A stretch of DNA of 64,000 nt from a virus: IMG/VR virus record IMGVR_UViG_3300032322_002033, positions 1-64,000 of that record; one strand, 5' to 3'. The stretch's first letter is position 1, and each line of letters starts with the position of its first letter. The translations under genes and the position numbers were made by a program. Shown one piece after another: positions 9,831-19,285 of the stretch. Below the pieces are notes generated by a model. That model was not told the origin of the DNA, searched no databases, and saw only the letters and a program-made list of their open reading frames with translations.

Positions 9831-9833
9831 TTA

Positions 9834-10787
9834 ATGAGTAATAGAAAAGAAATATTGGAAATCATTAAATTAATGGAAGATTATAATTCTGTTAATGAAT
9901 CAACAAGTGACTCATCAGGAAGTAGAGGTTCATACGTTGCTCCAATAATGCCGGGGTTTAGAAAGTTTAAAAAAACTCAATTGGCTCCGTTTAATACTCG
10001 AGTATCAAAATATGATGATTCTGAATTAGCGTATGATAGTTATGATGGTGAAATGGATACCCCAAAATCTGAAATACAAAAAATAGAAAAAAAGGCTAAA
10101 AAAATATCTAATTACGTTGCAAAACATTTTGTCGCTAACGATGAGGATGGGGATATTATGAATAACAATCCAATTTTTAAAAATAAAAATAAAAATATTT
10201 CTAAACCATTTGTTAGTGAATCAGATAGTACAATTACCGCTGGTGAGTATACTGGACCAATAGAAATTGGATTAAAAAAATGGAGAAAACAAGAATTAGG
10301 ACCCTTTACTGAATTTTCAAAACACCCTGTAAATAAAACAAAAAAACAAAAAACTTTAAAAAATAACATTAAAAAAATAGTAGGTGTTTGGGAAAAACAT
10401 CATGAAGATGGGTATGAAATACCTACTCATGACGCACATTCAATTAATGAAGATTTAGGCGTTTGGTTTGGAACTAAGAAAAAACCTAAGGGTAGTAAAC
10501 AACCAAAAGGTCCATGGGTTAACATTTGTAGGAAAGTTGACGGTAAACACCCACCTTGTGGTAGACCTGACGCTTCTGATAAAGCATATCCAAAATGTAG
10601 AGCCGCAGGTGTTGCGGGTAAAATGTCCGATTCACAAAAAAAGGCTGCATGTGCTCAAAAAAGAAGGGCTGAAAAATCAAACCCAAAAAGTGGTACGGGA
10701 AATAAACCAAAAATGGTATCTTACAAACCTAAGAAAAAAACTAATGAATCAATCATCATTAGTTTAATTAGAAAAGCAATAAATTAA
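9834..10787 (+). CDS. Hypothetical virion-associated protein with basic Cys-containing C-terminal domain
   Basis: xNE-S sites; EDLGVWF...PWVNIC...PCGR...YPKC domain. Confidence 0.75.
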   Translation: MSNRKEILEIIKLMEDYNSVNESTSDSSGSRGSYVAPIMPGFRKFKKTQLAPFNTRVSKYDDSELAYDSYDGEMDTPKSEIQKIEKKAKKISNYVAKHFVANDEDGDIMNNNPIFKNKNKNISKPFVSESDSTITAGEYTGPIEIGLKKWRKQELGPFTEFSKHPVNKTKKQKTLKNNIKKIVGVWEKHHEDGYEIPTHDAHSINEDLGVWFGTKKKPKGSKQPKGPWVNICRKVDGKHPPCGRPDASDKAYPKCRAAGVAGKMSDSQKKAACAQKRRAEKSNPKSGTGNKPKMVSYKPKKKTNESIIISLIRKAIN

Positions 10788-10975
10788 TCTTCTCTTTTAT
10801 ATTTTGTAACGGGGAAGTTAGAATTTAATTCATTAAGTGCACTTACGTACTCATCACCATATTCACCAATTCTACTTATTACATCATCACAAAACATTCT
10901 TCTTTCGAACATTGTGTATTTTGCAAAACTCTCTTTAAGATGTTTTTTAACTATTTTAGATAATTCCTTGCTCAT
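10784..10975 (-). CDS. Small hypothetical protein (start re-called at MSKELS)
   Basis: TATTTAT on the minus strand at 10992-10998 precedes ATG 10975; N-terminal KIVKKHLKES helix. Confidence 0.5.
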   Translation of the reverse strand: MSKELSKIVKKHLKESFAKYTMFERRMFCDDVISRIGEYGDEYVSALNELNSNFPVTKYKRED

Positions 10976-11378
10976 TTTCTGATATTTTATTATAAATATC
11001 ACTTAATGAATCTTTTATCTGTAAAATCATCTCAGTATCATACATTTCACCTCTTTTTTCCAACTCATTTTCAAATGAATTAGTTAGTTTTCTTTCATTA
11101 TTAGGGGTTAATTTGATTTCATATGAATATCTATGATTGGCAACTGACAATATGTTATCGCAAATCACCATATAGACCCCCAATTTTTCATTTTTAATGT
11201 AGTACTTAACACTTTTAGGGGTGTAGACTAAAATGGACGAATTATCCCTTATTAATGACTTTGCAACCTGAACGCAAAGGGATTCATATTTCTTTTGTTC
11301 GACAATGTGGTTAGGTCGACTGATTGAGTTTCTTAGGAAAATTCTAAGTTTGTAGTACTGTTTCTTAATTGGGTTCAT
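10956..11378 (-). CDS. Hypothetical protein
   Basis: 140-aa ORF preceded by TATCTTTG (11398-11405, minus strand). Confidence 0.7.
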   Translation of the reverse strand: MNPIKKQYYKLRIFLRNSISRPNHIVEQKKYESLCVQVAKSLIRDNSSILVYTPKSVKYYIKNEKLGVYMVICDNILSVANHRYSYEIKLTPNNERKLTNSFENELEKRGEMYDTEMILQIKDSLSDIYNKISENEQGII

Positions 11379-11435
11379 ATTATTGATGAATATGAAACAA
11401 AGATAATCAAAAAACTAATACTAACAATAAGGTTG

Positions 11436-11924
11436 TTAAGATTTAATAAACAATTTAATAAAGGATACCCAAGTTTCTAAATCGTTTTCATTCCTACCAA
11501 TATTCGCAGAATAACAAGTGAGAACTACATTATCTTTTGTATAACCTTTGTCCCTATCTAATCTATCTAATGATGGTTGTTGTGGATGTTTTGATTTATC
11601 TGATGGGACTAAAGGAGTTTTAAACCAATAACATAATCCATTTTGTCTCTCAAACATCTCGTTAATGTCCTCAACTGTTAATGTGTTTTCTATATTTCTG
11701 TGTTTTGAATCATTAATTAAAGTATTTTGCCAAAGCCTAACTCTTCTTTCTTTTTGTTTTTTCCCTTCAGTTTTTCTAAACTCAGAATCTTTCCTTTTTT
11801 GTCTTTTGTATTCTCTTGTTACATTAAGGACACATAATTTGCATTTTGTCCCTCTTTGTGATTTGTAAAAATCATCTTTATTTTTTGTTTTACCGCAAAT
11901 ACTACAAGTTTTATGTATTTCCAT
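11436..11924 (-). mobile_element. Free-standing HNH-type homing endonuclease gene
   Basis: N-terminal CSIC...CKLC zinc motif, ERQNGLCYW, PSLDRLDRDKGYTKDNVVLTCYSAN; start re-called at MEIHK. Confidence 0.8.
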
Positions 11925-11971
11925 ATATATAAATATATGGGTATACATAAAAATACAAAAAAAAAGAAGAA

Positions 11972-12475
11972 TTATTTCTTCTTTTTAGAACCACAATACG
12001 GAGGGGAACATCTTTTTTTACCATCTAATCCTGGCATTCTACCTTGACATACTTGAACTCCGTAACCATTCGAATAAGCTGAGGGGTGTACTTTAAATTT
12101 AGATTTTGCGGCGGCATAACCACGAGAACAAAGTTTTGTGCCGGCCTTTTTACGACCTTCATTCATTTGGTATAGGGCTAATGCTTTGTCAGGGTCTTTT
12201 TCGGTCATTGCTAAATCGTCGATAATATTATCATCTTCCATCATATCACCACCTTGTGTTTCATTCATTATGAAATCAAAAACTTGGTCCATGTTGTTCT
12301 TTGCTTCCGCAATATGGTCTTGAGCCCAATCATGTCCATCAGATAAAATTCCCTCAACCATATTACGGTCTAAATCTAACAATAAGTCACATTGTCTTCT
12401 CATTTGTTCTAAATTACTGAAAAACATATATCTTTCAGATTCTTCTTTTAAAATTTTTTTAATTAATTTTTCCAT
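11972..12475 (-). CDS. Hypothetical protein with C-terminal PSAY-motif basic domain
   Basis: MEKLIKKILKEE N-terminus, HDWAQDHI, LCSRGYAAAKSKFKVHPSAYSNG. Confidence 0.75.
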   Translation of the reverse strand: MEKLIKKILKEESERYMFFSNLEQMRRQCDLLLDLDRNMVEGILSDGHDWAQDHIAEAKNNMDQVFDFIMNETQGGDMMEDDNIIDDLAMTEKDPDKALALYQMNEGRKKAGTKLCSRGYAAAKSKFKVHPSAYSNGYGVQVCQGRMPGLDGKKRCSPPYCGSKKKK

Positions 12476-12479
12476 ATTA

Positions 12480-12983
12480 TTAAGTCATTAAATCACCTTT
12501 TAAGTCATTACATACAATACTTAGAAACGATTCGATTTCATGTTCTAATCCTTCGTATGTTTCAAATAAGTTTACACTTTCATCAGATTCGAAATTACAT
12601 AAAGAATAATTTCCTTCATTATCACAGTAAATTTCACCATAAAATTGGTCATTATTAACTGCTAAATATCCTGTATGAATTATCTCGTCAATATTCTCTT
12701 CTGTTGTCTCATACTGGAATTCCATTTTTGGTATACCTGGTACACCATCAAAAACCCAAGTTTCACCTGAAGGAACTCTGTCTAGTGATGTTATTAATTC
12801 TTCATCATCTAAATAACCACCTGTCTTTGCGTGGTAGTCCAAATATTCCATTTCTTTTTTTGAAAGTTTCTCAATACCGACTTGATTTATCTTATCCAAA
12901 ATTGAGTCAATTTTTTCTTGACTCTCATTCACCACACGTTTGACAATATTAAGAATTTGTTCTTCAGTTATTATTATTTTCAT
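12480..12983 (-). CDS. Hypothetical protein
   Basis: MKIIITEEQ...IVKRVVNES N-terminus, then IDSILDKI...GIEKLS. Confidence 0.75.
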   Translation of the reverse strand: MKIIITEEQILNIVKRVVNESQEKIDSILDKINQVGIEKLSKKEMEYLDYHAKTGGYLDDEELITSLDRVPSGETWVFDGVPGIPKMEFQYETTEENIDEIIHTGYLAVNNDQFYGEIYCDNEGNYSLCNFESDESVNLFETYEGLEHEIESFLSIVCNDLKGDLMT

Positions 12984-14473
12984 TTTTGATTAACTATTTG
13001 GAACTGTAATGTTCTTTTATAAGTATCAACTTGTCCTGAAGATAATACTTTAATGTCTATAAAATATTCATTTGGTAATTTATCTCTTGTGTCGAACATA
13101 AAGAAAAATTCATTTGAAGTTCGATTAATCCTTGTCCAATCCTGAACTTGAACTTCTGTTTGACCTTCTCTAACATACACTCTATAAGACGCGGTAACCG
13201 GAGTTAAAACTTCATTTGTACTGTACGCCTTTTTAATAACTACACCGACTTTTCTAATATCTGTGTTTACTATTTTTTCATTTTGTTTGATACCATAAAA
13301 ATCAAAACCATATATTGAGGGGTCTTTACTCTCAGTACCTAAAGTGAAATAATTCTTAAACGGTAATACTACTAAATCATTTGTGATGTTTGGTATTGCA
13401 ATATTATTATATTCTAAATTTGACCATTCATCTGTCCACATACAAGGTGTTGTAATAGACGACGCTGAGAAACTTATTTGATATATACCTGTGGTCACTT
13501 CACAACTAACTTCAGTTGTTACTGTCTCATCTAAATGGTTTCGTATCTCAACTTGTGGGTATTGGTCTAAACTTGTTAGTTCACCATTTATATAGGAATA
13601 AAGGTATAATTTGTTAACTTTATTTGAATAAAAAGAATTTCTATCGTCATCTACAAAATCATTATATGTTGTTTCTAAAAATGGTTGATAGAATGTTTGA
13701 GTATGTCTTGTGAAAAATCCAACTGAATAGTTTTGTGTTAATCCTGATAAGTTTTCTAATTCAGGGACAAATGCTATCCCCCATCCTGTAACACCTGTGG
13801 TACCTCCGGTCAATATTGAATTAATTTCATTTGTCATATTAAATTCAATATCTTCATTACCAAATTCAAAATGTTGAGTATCAACAATAATTAAATTATT
13901 ATAATTAACATTACCATTATTTTTATTTGAATATATCCCGTATTCACTCCACCCACTTAAAGTATTTCTTTGGTACCAATTGGATGGTCTATTTGAATAT
14001 GATTTATCTTCAGGTAATACAAGTGGTGTTAATAAAGCATTTGTTGAGTTTTCTGTTTTTTTAATGTCGTAGTAATCATATCCGACGCCTTCATCCCATG
14101 TTTGTGGTGTTCCTGTGGTACCTGACGTTTTTGGTATTCTAAATAAAATTAAATCAAATGATGTTGCTCTTTTTCTTCCCTCACTTGTTGATGTGTTCAA
14201 TAATTCATTATCGAATGATGAAGTATTGGTCATACGTAAAGTATGAGTTGTTGATGAAAAATTACATCCGTATTGAGGGATTGTTTTATTTGAAATTTTT
14301 TGAATTAAATCGGTTAAATCTAAATCAAATATAAATCTACTAAATCCTGGTGATGAATAGAAATCAGTAGAAGAGCCAAAGTATAGTTCAGTAATAGGAG
14401 ATTTACCTGTATTGGTAAAACTATTATTAATGATAGTATTATTTCTTTTAAAATATGAACGATGAATTGACAT
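12980..14473 (-). CDS. Putative virion structural protein
   Basis: 497 aa, beta-rich, T/N-rich; TATTTAT upstream at 14487-14493; carries SGTT, TGGT, TGVT and SGLT motifs. Confidence 0.6.
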   Translation of the reverse strand: MSIHRSYFKRNNTIINNSFTNTGKSPITELYFGSSTDFYSSPGFSRFIFDLDLTDLIQKISNKTIPQYGCNFSSTTHTLRMTNTSSFDNELLNTSTSEGRKRATSFDLILFRIPKTSGTTGTPQTWDEGVGYDYYDIKKTENSTNALLTPLVLPEDKSYSNRPSNWYQRNTLSGWSEYGIYSNKNNGNVNYNNLIIVDTQHFEFGNEDIEFNMTNEINSILTGGTTGVTGWGIAFVPELENLSGLTQNYSVGFFTRHTQTFYQPFLETTYNDFVDDDRNSFYSNKVNKLYLYSYINGELTSLDQYPQVEIRNHLDETVTTEVSCEVTTGIYQISFSASSITTPCMWTDEWSNLEYNNIAIPNITNDLVVLPFKNYFTLGTESKDPSIYGFDFYGIKQNEKIVNTDIRKVGVVIKKAYSTNEVLTPVTASYRVYVREGQTEVQVQDWTRINRTSNEFFFMFDTRDKLPNEYFIDIKVLSSGQVDTYKRTLQFQIVNQK

Positions 14474-14493
14474 TATCTTTTTTTAGATAAATA

Positions 14494-16044
14494 TCAATTT
14501 ATTCTAATATTTTGATTAATAATCTTCGTATCAAATTGTTGTAACTCAGATTGAATCTCCTCAACACCTTGTGGTATTGGGGGAGTTCCGTGATATGGGT
14601 GTTGATGTGAAATTAAAAAGTTAACAATTACGTTTATTAATTGTTTTAATGCTTCACCCCTAACTAAACCTTCGGTGTTTGTTTTATATGAGTCGTAAAG
14701 TAAACTTCTATCAATACCATATACCGTATTTTCGCCTAAATCAACTTTAACTTTACCGGGTATAGAAGTTTTGTGTGATAATAAAAATATATTATCTGAA
14801 CCCATAACTGAAAATCCCACAGGACTTGTTTCATAACGATATTGTTTTATAACCTCAGTTTGTGTCTTATATTTTGGACCTGAGTCATTAAATCCACTTA
14901 ACAATCCACTTCCTTTTTTTAAACTTGAGGGTGAGTAACTTATTTGTAATAATATCTGATTAACTCTATTTGCAACATTAATATCATTTTTAAGTGCGTC
15001 TGATTTTGAAAGAAGAGCCTTTGATGGTCGATAAAAAAACGGGAATCTAACATCCTCACTAAATGAAACCGTTGTCCCTGTTAAATTATCGACAACTTTA
15101 CCGTCATTAAGTCCTTTGATTATTGAGTTAATGATATTCACAACATTTGTTTGTCCTGAGATTCCAGTAAATGTGCTTGTAAAAACAGGAGTCATAAATT
15201 GAGACGGTAATTCCGTTTTTTCACTAAAAGTAGATGTCTCAGTTAATGCAATATTTGGAACATTATAGATTTTAACATTACCTGAATATACATCAAAATC
15301 ATTATCCAATCCCGCAATAATGTCATACTCAATTAATTTTTTTAAATTGTTATTTTGTTCAACTATTTTAGTTAATATTTTGCTGGGGTCTTCAAATCTT
15401 TCATTTTCAAAATATGACAATTGTAAAAAAGACCTATTTTGATTTTTCTCAGGAAATTTATTTTCTTGTAAATTATTAGTTTTTGCGGCTCTAATTAGAA
15501 CTTCGGTATCTTTTAAAATAATATCTGAACGACCCTTTGAATAAATTCCAATATCTTCTTTATTTGCAAATACTCCTTCACTTTTTTTATTTCTAAACTT
15601 ACCTGTCTTATCTTTTATTGCCAAATTTTGTCGAATATTAGCACCAAATCCAAGTATTTTTCTTGTTTCTTTTTCAGATTCGAATGATAAGTTCATAGGA
15701 CTTGAGTTAGGTCCCGGTATGTAAAATTGATTTTTTCGTCCTGGATTTTCTTGGCTGTTTGTATAAAATATGTGAACATATTCTTTTTCTGAGGGGACGT
15801 AATTTAAATTAAATGGTAGTAATGGAATAAATACGAATGGGTCAAAGTCAGTAAATCGATAATTTTCGGCAATATCAGTCTGACTACTATTTAAGTATTT
15901 TGCATCAATTGACCTAAGTTTTTCTTTAATTACTTCATGGTCGGGAAAAACTCGAACTCTACCAATATTTAAATCGTCATCTCCTTCTTGGACAACCCCT
16001 CCAAATATTACTCTATATGGACTATTAATTTCTTTTTCTGACAT
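14494..16044 (-). CDS. Putative baseplate hub/spike (gp5/GpV-like)
   Basis: N-terminal OB-fold-like IGRVRV...PLLP...VP..KEYVHI; C-terminal LVRGEAL...HQHP His pair typical of spike tips. Confidence 0.6.
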   Translation of the reverse strand: MSEKEINSPYRVIFGGVVQEGDDDLNIGRVRVFPDHEVIKEKLRSIDAKYLNSSQTDIAENYRFTDFDPFVFIPLLPFNLNYVPSEKEYVHIFYTNSQENPGRKNQFYIPGPNSSPMNLSFESEKETRKILGFGANIRQNLAIKDKTGKFRNKKSEGVFANKEDIGIYSKGRSDIILKDTEVLIRAAKTNNLQENKFPEKNQNRSFLQLSYFENERFEDPSKILTKIVEQNNNLKKLIEYDIIAGLDNDFDVYSGNVKIYNVPNIALTETSTFSEKTELPSQFMTPVFTSTFTGISGQTNVVNIINSIIKGLNDGKVVDNLTGTTVSFSEDVRFPFFYRPSKALLSKSDALKNDINVANRVNQILLQISYSPSSLKKGSGLLSGFNDSGPKYKTQTEVIKQYRYETSPVGFSVMGSDNIFLLSHKTSIPGKVKVDLGENTVYGIDRSLLYDSYKTNTEGLVRGEALKQLINVIVNFLISHQHPYHGTPPIPQGVEEIQSELQQFDTKIINQNIRIN

Positions 16045-16222
16045 CGAATTCTTTTAAAATTTCATTATATGACGATTCAATATAGTCCAACTTTTTAGTA
16101 AGGTAAATTACTGACTCTTTTGTTTTTTCAAACTCAGTTGTCAAATAATCCATAGCCTTAATTAAATCCTTATTTGGTCTATTTTTAAAATCTTTTATTA
16201 TTTCTTTAATCTCATTATCCAT
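16025..16222 (-). CDS. Small hypothetical protein
   Basis: 65-aa helical ORF packed within the operon. Confidence 0.65.
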   Translation of the reverse strand: MDNEIKEIIKDFKNRPNKDLIKAMDYLTTEFEKTKESVIYLTKKLDYIESSYNEILKEFDVRKRN

Positions 16223-16223
16223 A

Positions 16224-18158
16224 TTAAAAATATTTTCCTGAAGCTCTTGCAGGTTGTGTTACAAATACACCAGTCGCTAATGGAGGAATAAAAACCTCAA
16301 CCTTACCATTTTCATCCCTTTCCTGATACATTCCACTTATCAAACAAAAATCAGCAATTAAACCTAAGTTAGGACTTCCATTTGAGTATGGTCCAGTATT
16401 AATTCCAACTCTTTGTAGATTTTGTATATAATTCATCCACGCTCTATTTGCCGATGCTCCTGGTAATAAGTCAGCTAACGCCAAGATTGGTGTTGGAATA
16501 ATCTGAGCGGATGTTGGTAATCGTAAATTGAATAATTGTAATAGTGTTTGGATTAAACTTCGACATTTTCTAAAATCTCGAATTGCGGTTGCAATTGCAA
16601 CTGCTAACCCAACAAGGTTATTAATTGCGGATAAAACGGTTTGTGCTCTTTCATTTGCAATATCCTTAATAATAGATTTCGCAAGTGCTAAAACATCTCT
16701 TGCGATTTCATCAAACAATGCCTTTAAAAATATTTCCCCAATTCTGGAAATTAACCCTATCATTAATTTTTTATTTTGTTTAAAGAAATTTTGAATCCCT
16801 GTAATGGAGTCATCAAACATCACACCTAATGACTTTAACATTAATATAAAACCTAATAAAATTTTTGGACTAAGTAACGCCCCTACTACCGCTTTTGGAA
16901 ATGTTTTTATAATATCTGTGTTAATTGATAGTTTAACAGAATTTGGAAATGGTATCTGTAACTGCCATCTTGGGTCATTAACTAAAGAGTCTAAAATATT
17001 ATTAATTGATTGACTAATATTAGAACCATCAACATTTGACATAATCTCAAGAGCATACTGAGTATCAGTAATAGGTAATCGAATATTATCGCAAGACTCA
17101 AGTTCGACAAAACCTGACCTTGTTAATTGAGTCTCTTGTTCAATATTTCTTAAATCAACATCCGACAACTCAAAAAAACTTTCATCAATATTATCAACCT
17201 CAGGAGTTTTTGCTAATCCTGATATTGAAATCTCCTCATCATTATCAAAACATAAACCTAAAACTCTCTGTACTATTAATCCAAATTTATTTTTATCATC
17301 TAATTGTGCAGTACTATTACCCACTTCAACCGAAACAACATTTGTAATAGCATCAATTAATTTTGCAACAAATGAATTAAAATCAATCATGTCAATTGTT
17401 TTATAATAATCAATAATAAAATCTTTAATTCTATTTGGTGAACTTGATGTACGATTTAATAAATCAACTTTGAAAAAACTACCTTGATTATTGTTATTAT
17501 CATTAGTGACATAGGTAATGTCAAATAGTTCATTTGATGAGATTCCTTTATATTTTGTATTATATAAAGAATTCATAGATTGTCCCTGATGACTAATTAA
17601 ATCATATAATAATTTGTTGGTAGGTCTCGGATTTAAATTTACCGTAAAATTGTCTAAAATATCTTTTTCATACAATACTTTACCTGCAGTACTATCAGGG
17701 TTAGTTACTAACATTTTAAATAAATCAATTGAACTTACTTTAATATAGATTGATTGTGGTCCATATGTTTGTTCTTCCGAGCAACCTAACGATGTAATAA
17801 CTTCCTGAGTAAATATTTCAAAAATCTTCGGTTTAATTTCTTGGACAATTCTTGAAAACTTTTTGGTTAAGTAATTATTTGTTGAAGAACCGGCTCCTCT
17901 TGAAGACCCAAAAAGTTCAAATAACTCATCAAAAGTGCTTTTAACTTTGTTTTTGGCCTCATTAATTTTTTGCTCGGCATTATCAACCTTTTTATTAACC
18001 TTATTTAATGCAGTTTGTGTTTTTTGTAAATTTTGTTGATATAAGTCATTAGCCTTATCTTTGGCATTATTTATAGAACTTTTTGCCGCGTTAAAACTTT
18101 TGAAGGATTTTAATTTTTCCTTACTATCATTAAACCCTTGGTTAACATCTATTGGCAT
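16224..18158 (-). CDS. Hypothetical protein, probably structural
   Basis: 644 aa; coiled-coil N-terminus, hydrophobic helical C-terminus; co-oriented with the spike-like gene. Confidence 0.6.
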   Translation of the reverse strand: MPIDVNQGFNDSKEKLKSFKSFNAAKSSINNAKDKANDLYQQNLQKTQTALNKVNKKVDNAEQKINEAKNKVKSTFDELFELFGSSRGAGSSTNNYLTKKFSRIVQEIKPKIFEIFTQEVITSLGCSEEQTYGPQSIYIKVSSIDLFKMLVTNPDSTAGKVLYEKDILDNFTVNLNPRPTNKLLYDLISHQGQSMNSLYNTKYKGISSNELFDITYVTNDNNNNQGSFFKVDLLNRTSSSPNRIKDFIIDYYKTIDMIDFNSFVAKLIDAITNVVSVEVGNSTAQLDDKNKFGLIVQRVLGLCFDNDEEISISGLAKTPEVDNIDESFFELSDVDLRNIEQETQLTRSGFVELESCDNIRLPITDTQYALEIMSNVDGSNISQSINNILDSLVNDPRWQLQIPFPNSVKLSINTDIIKTFPKAVVGALLSPKILLGFILMLKSLGVMFDDSITGIQNFFKQNKKLMIGLISRIGEIFLKALFDEIARDVLALAKSIIKDIANERAQTVLSAINNLVGLAVAIATAIRDFRKCRSLIQTLLQLFNLRLPTSAQIIPTPILALADLLPGASANRAWMNYIQNLQRVGINTGPYSNGSPNLGLIADFCLISGMYQERDENGKVEVFIPPLATGVFVTQPARASGKYF

Positions 18159-18520
18159 TATAAACTAAATTTTTCGTTTGAATTATCAATATCCTTCTTA
18201 ATTAATTCGTCTAATATAGAATCGTCCATAGATGTGATGTCGAATGAATCTTCATTATTCTGTTGCTTTTCCCATATGGATGATTGTAATTTAGATAATT
18301 GAAGTTTTTTCTCAACACAATCATTAATTATTTTTTGTTGTTTTTCAATAACCGGTCCAATTAAAGTCATATCCTCAGGTTCTTTCATCATAGAAACCAT
18401 TTTATTTTGGATACGTATAGCTGTGGCTCTTTGTTCAACAAGTTCGTTATAAATTTCTTGCATAAGAGTCAATATTGAATCTTTTGTGAAATTTATTTGT
18501 TTTCTTTTAGGTTTACTCAT
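18158..18520 (-). CDS. Hypothetical coiled-coil protein
   Basis: 120 aa; TATTTAT at 18525-18531 on the minus strand. Confidence 0.7.
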   Translation of the reverse strand: MSKPKRKQINFTKDSILTLMQEIYNELVEQRATAIRIQNKMVSMMKEPEDMTLIGPVIEKQQKIINDCVEKKLQLSKLQSSIWEKQQNNEDSFDITSMDDSILDELIKKDIDNSNEKFSL

Positions 18521-18547
18521 AGTAATAAATATTTTTTTACCTAAAAT

Positions 18548-19285
18548 TTATTCAGATGGTGGCTCTAATAATGAAGTATATATTTTTTTATACTTTTTAA
18601 TTGCAACTCTGATTTCTTTTGTTGACATATTTGTCATTTCTCTTAATGACAAAAGAATAACATTTTTATTAAATTTATTGTTATCAGTTGCAGGAAATAT
18701 AGTTTCGTAGTTTTCAAATATATCATGTAATGCAACCCCAAGTTTCATTTCATTCTCATTTAAATCATCCGTTTCAATTGTATCTTTAATATATGATTGT
18801 AAAATTGGGATTATGTTAACTTCTTCTTTCTCTTCCAAATCTAAGTGATATACCATATTTGGATTATTTTCCAAATCTGAGGATATATCCTCGTAAGATA
18901 TTTTTCTATTTTGTTCTTTTTGGTCTTTTAAAATTTGACCCATTAAATAATTTTTACATATTGTACCAAAATACGAATATGCCTTTTTTTCTTTGGATGG
19001 ACTAAACTTATCAATCTTAGTCATTAGAAATGAATGAGTATCGGTGTGTAACTCGATAAAATCCATATCTTTTCTATATAATTTATATCTTCTTATAATT
19101 GAAGATATCATTTTATCCAAAGGGTGTCTTAAAAAATCATTATAAATCTTGTTCTTCTCATCAAAAGTAGTTGCGGTCAGGTAACACCTAACCGCAATCT
19201 CTTCTCGTGTGTCAAAATAGTTTTCAGAACCGGCTTTTTTTACTTTTTTTGAGCCAGAGCTTTCTGATTTTGCACTTAATATCAT
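18548..19285 (-). CDS. Putative phage RNA polymerase sigma factor (gp55-like)
   Basis: ENYF N-terminus and region-2-like LMTKIDKFSPSKEKKAYSYFGTICKNYL; helix-turn-helix-like C-terminus. Confidence 0.65.
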   Translation of the reverse strand: MILSAKSESSGSKKVKKAGSENYFDTREEIAVRCYLTATTFDEKNKIYNDFLRHPLDKMISSIIRRYKLYRKDMDFIELHTDTHSFLMTKIDKFSPSKEKKAYSYFGTICKNYLMGQILKDQKEQNRKISYEDISSDLENNPNMVYHLDLEEKEEVNIIPILQSYIKDTIETDDLNENEMKLGVALHDIFENYETIFPATDNNKFNKNVILLSLREMTNMSTKEIRVAIKKYKKIYTSLLEPPSE

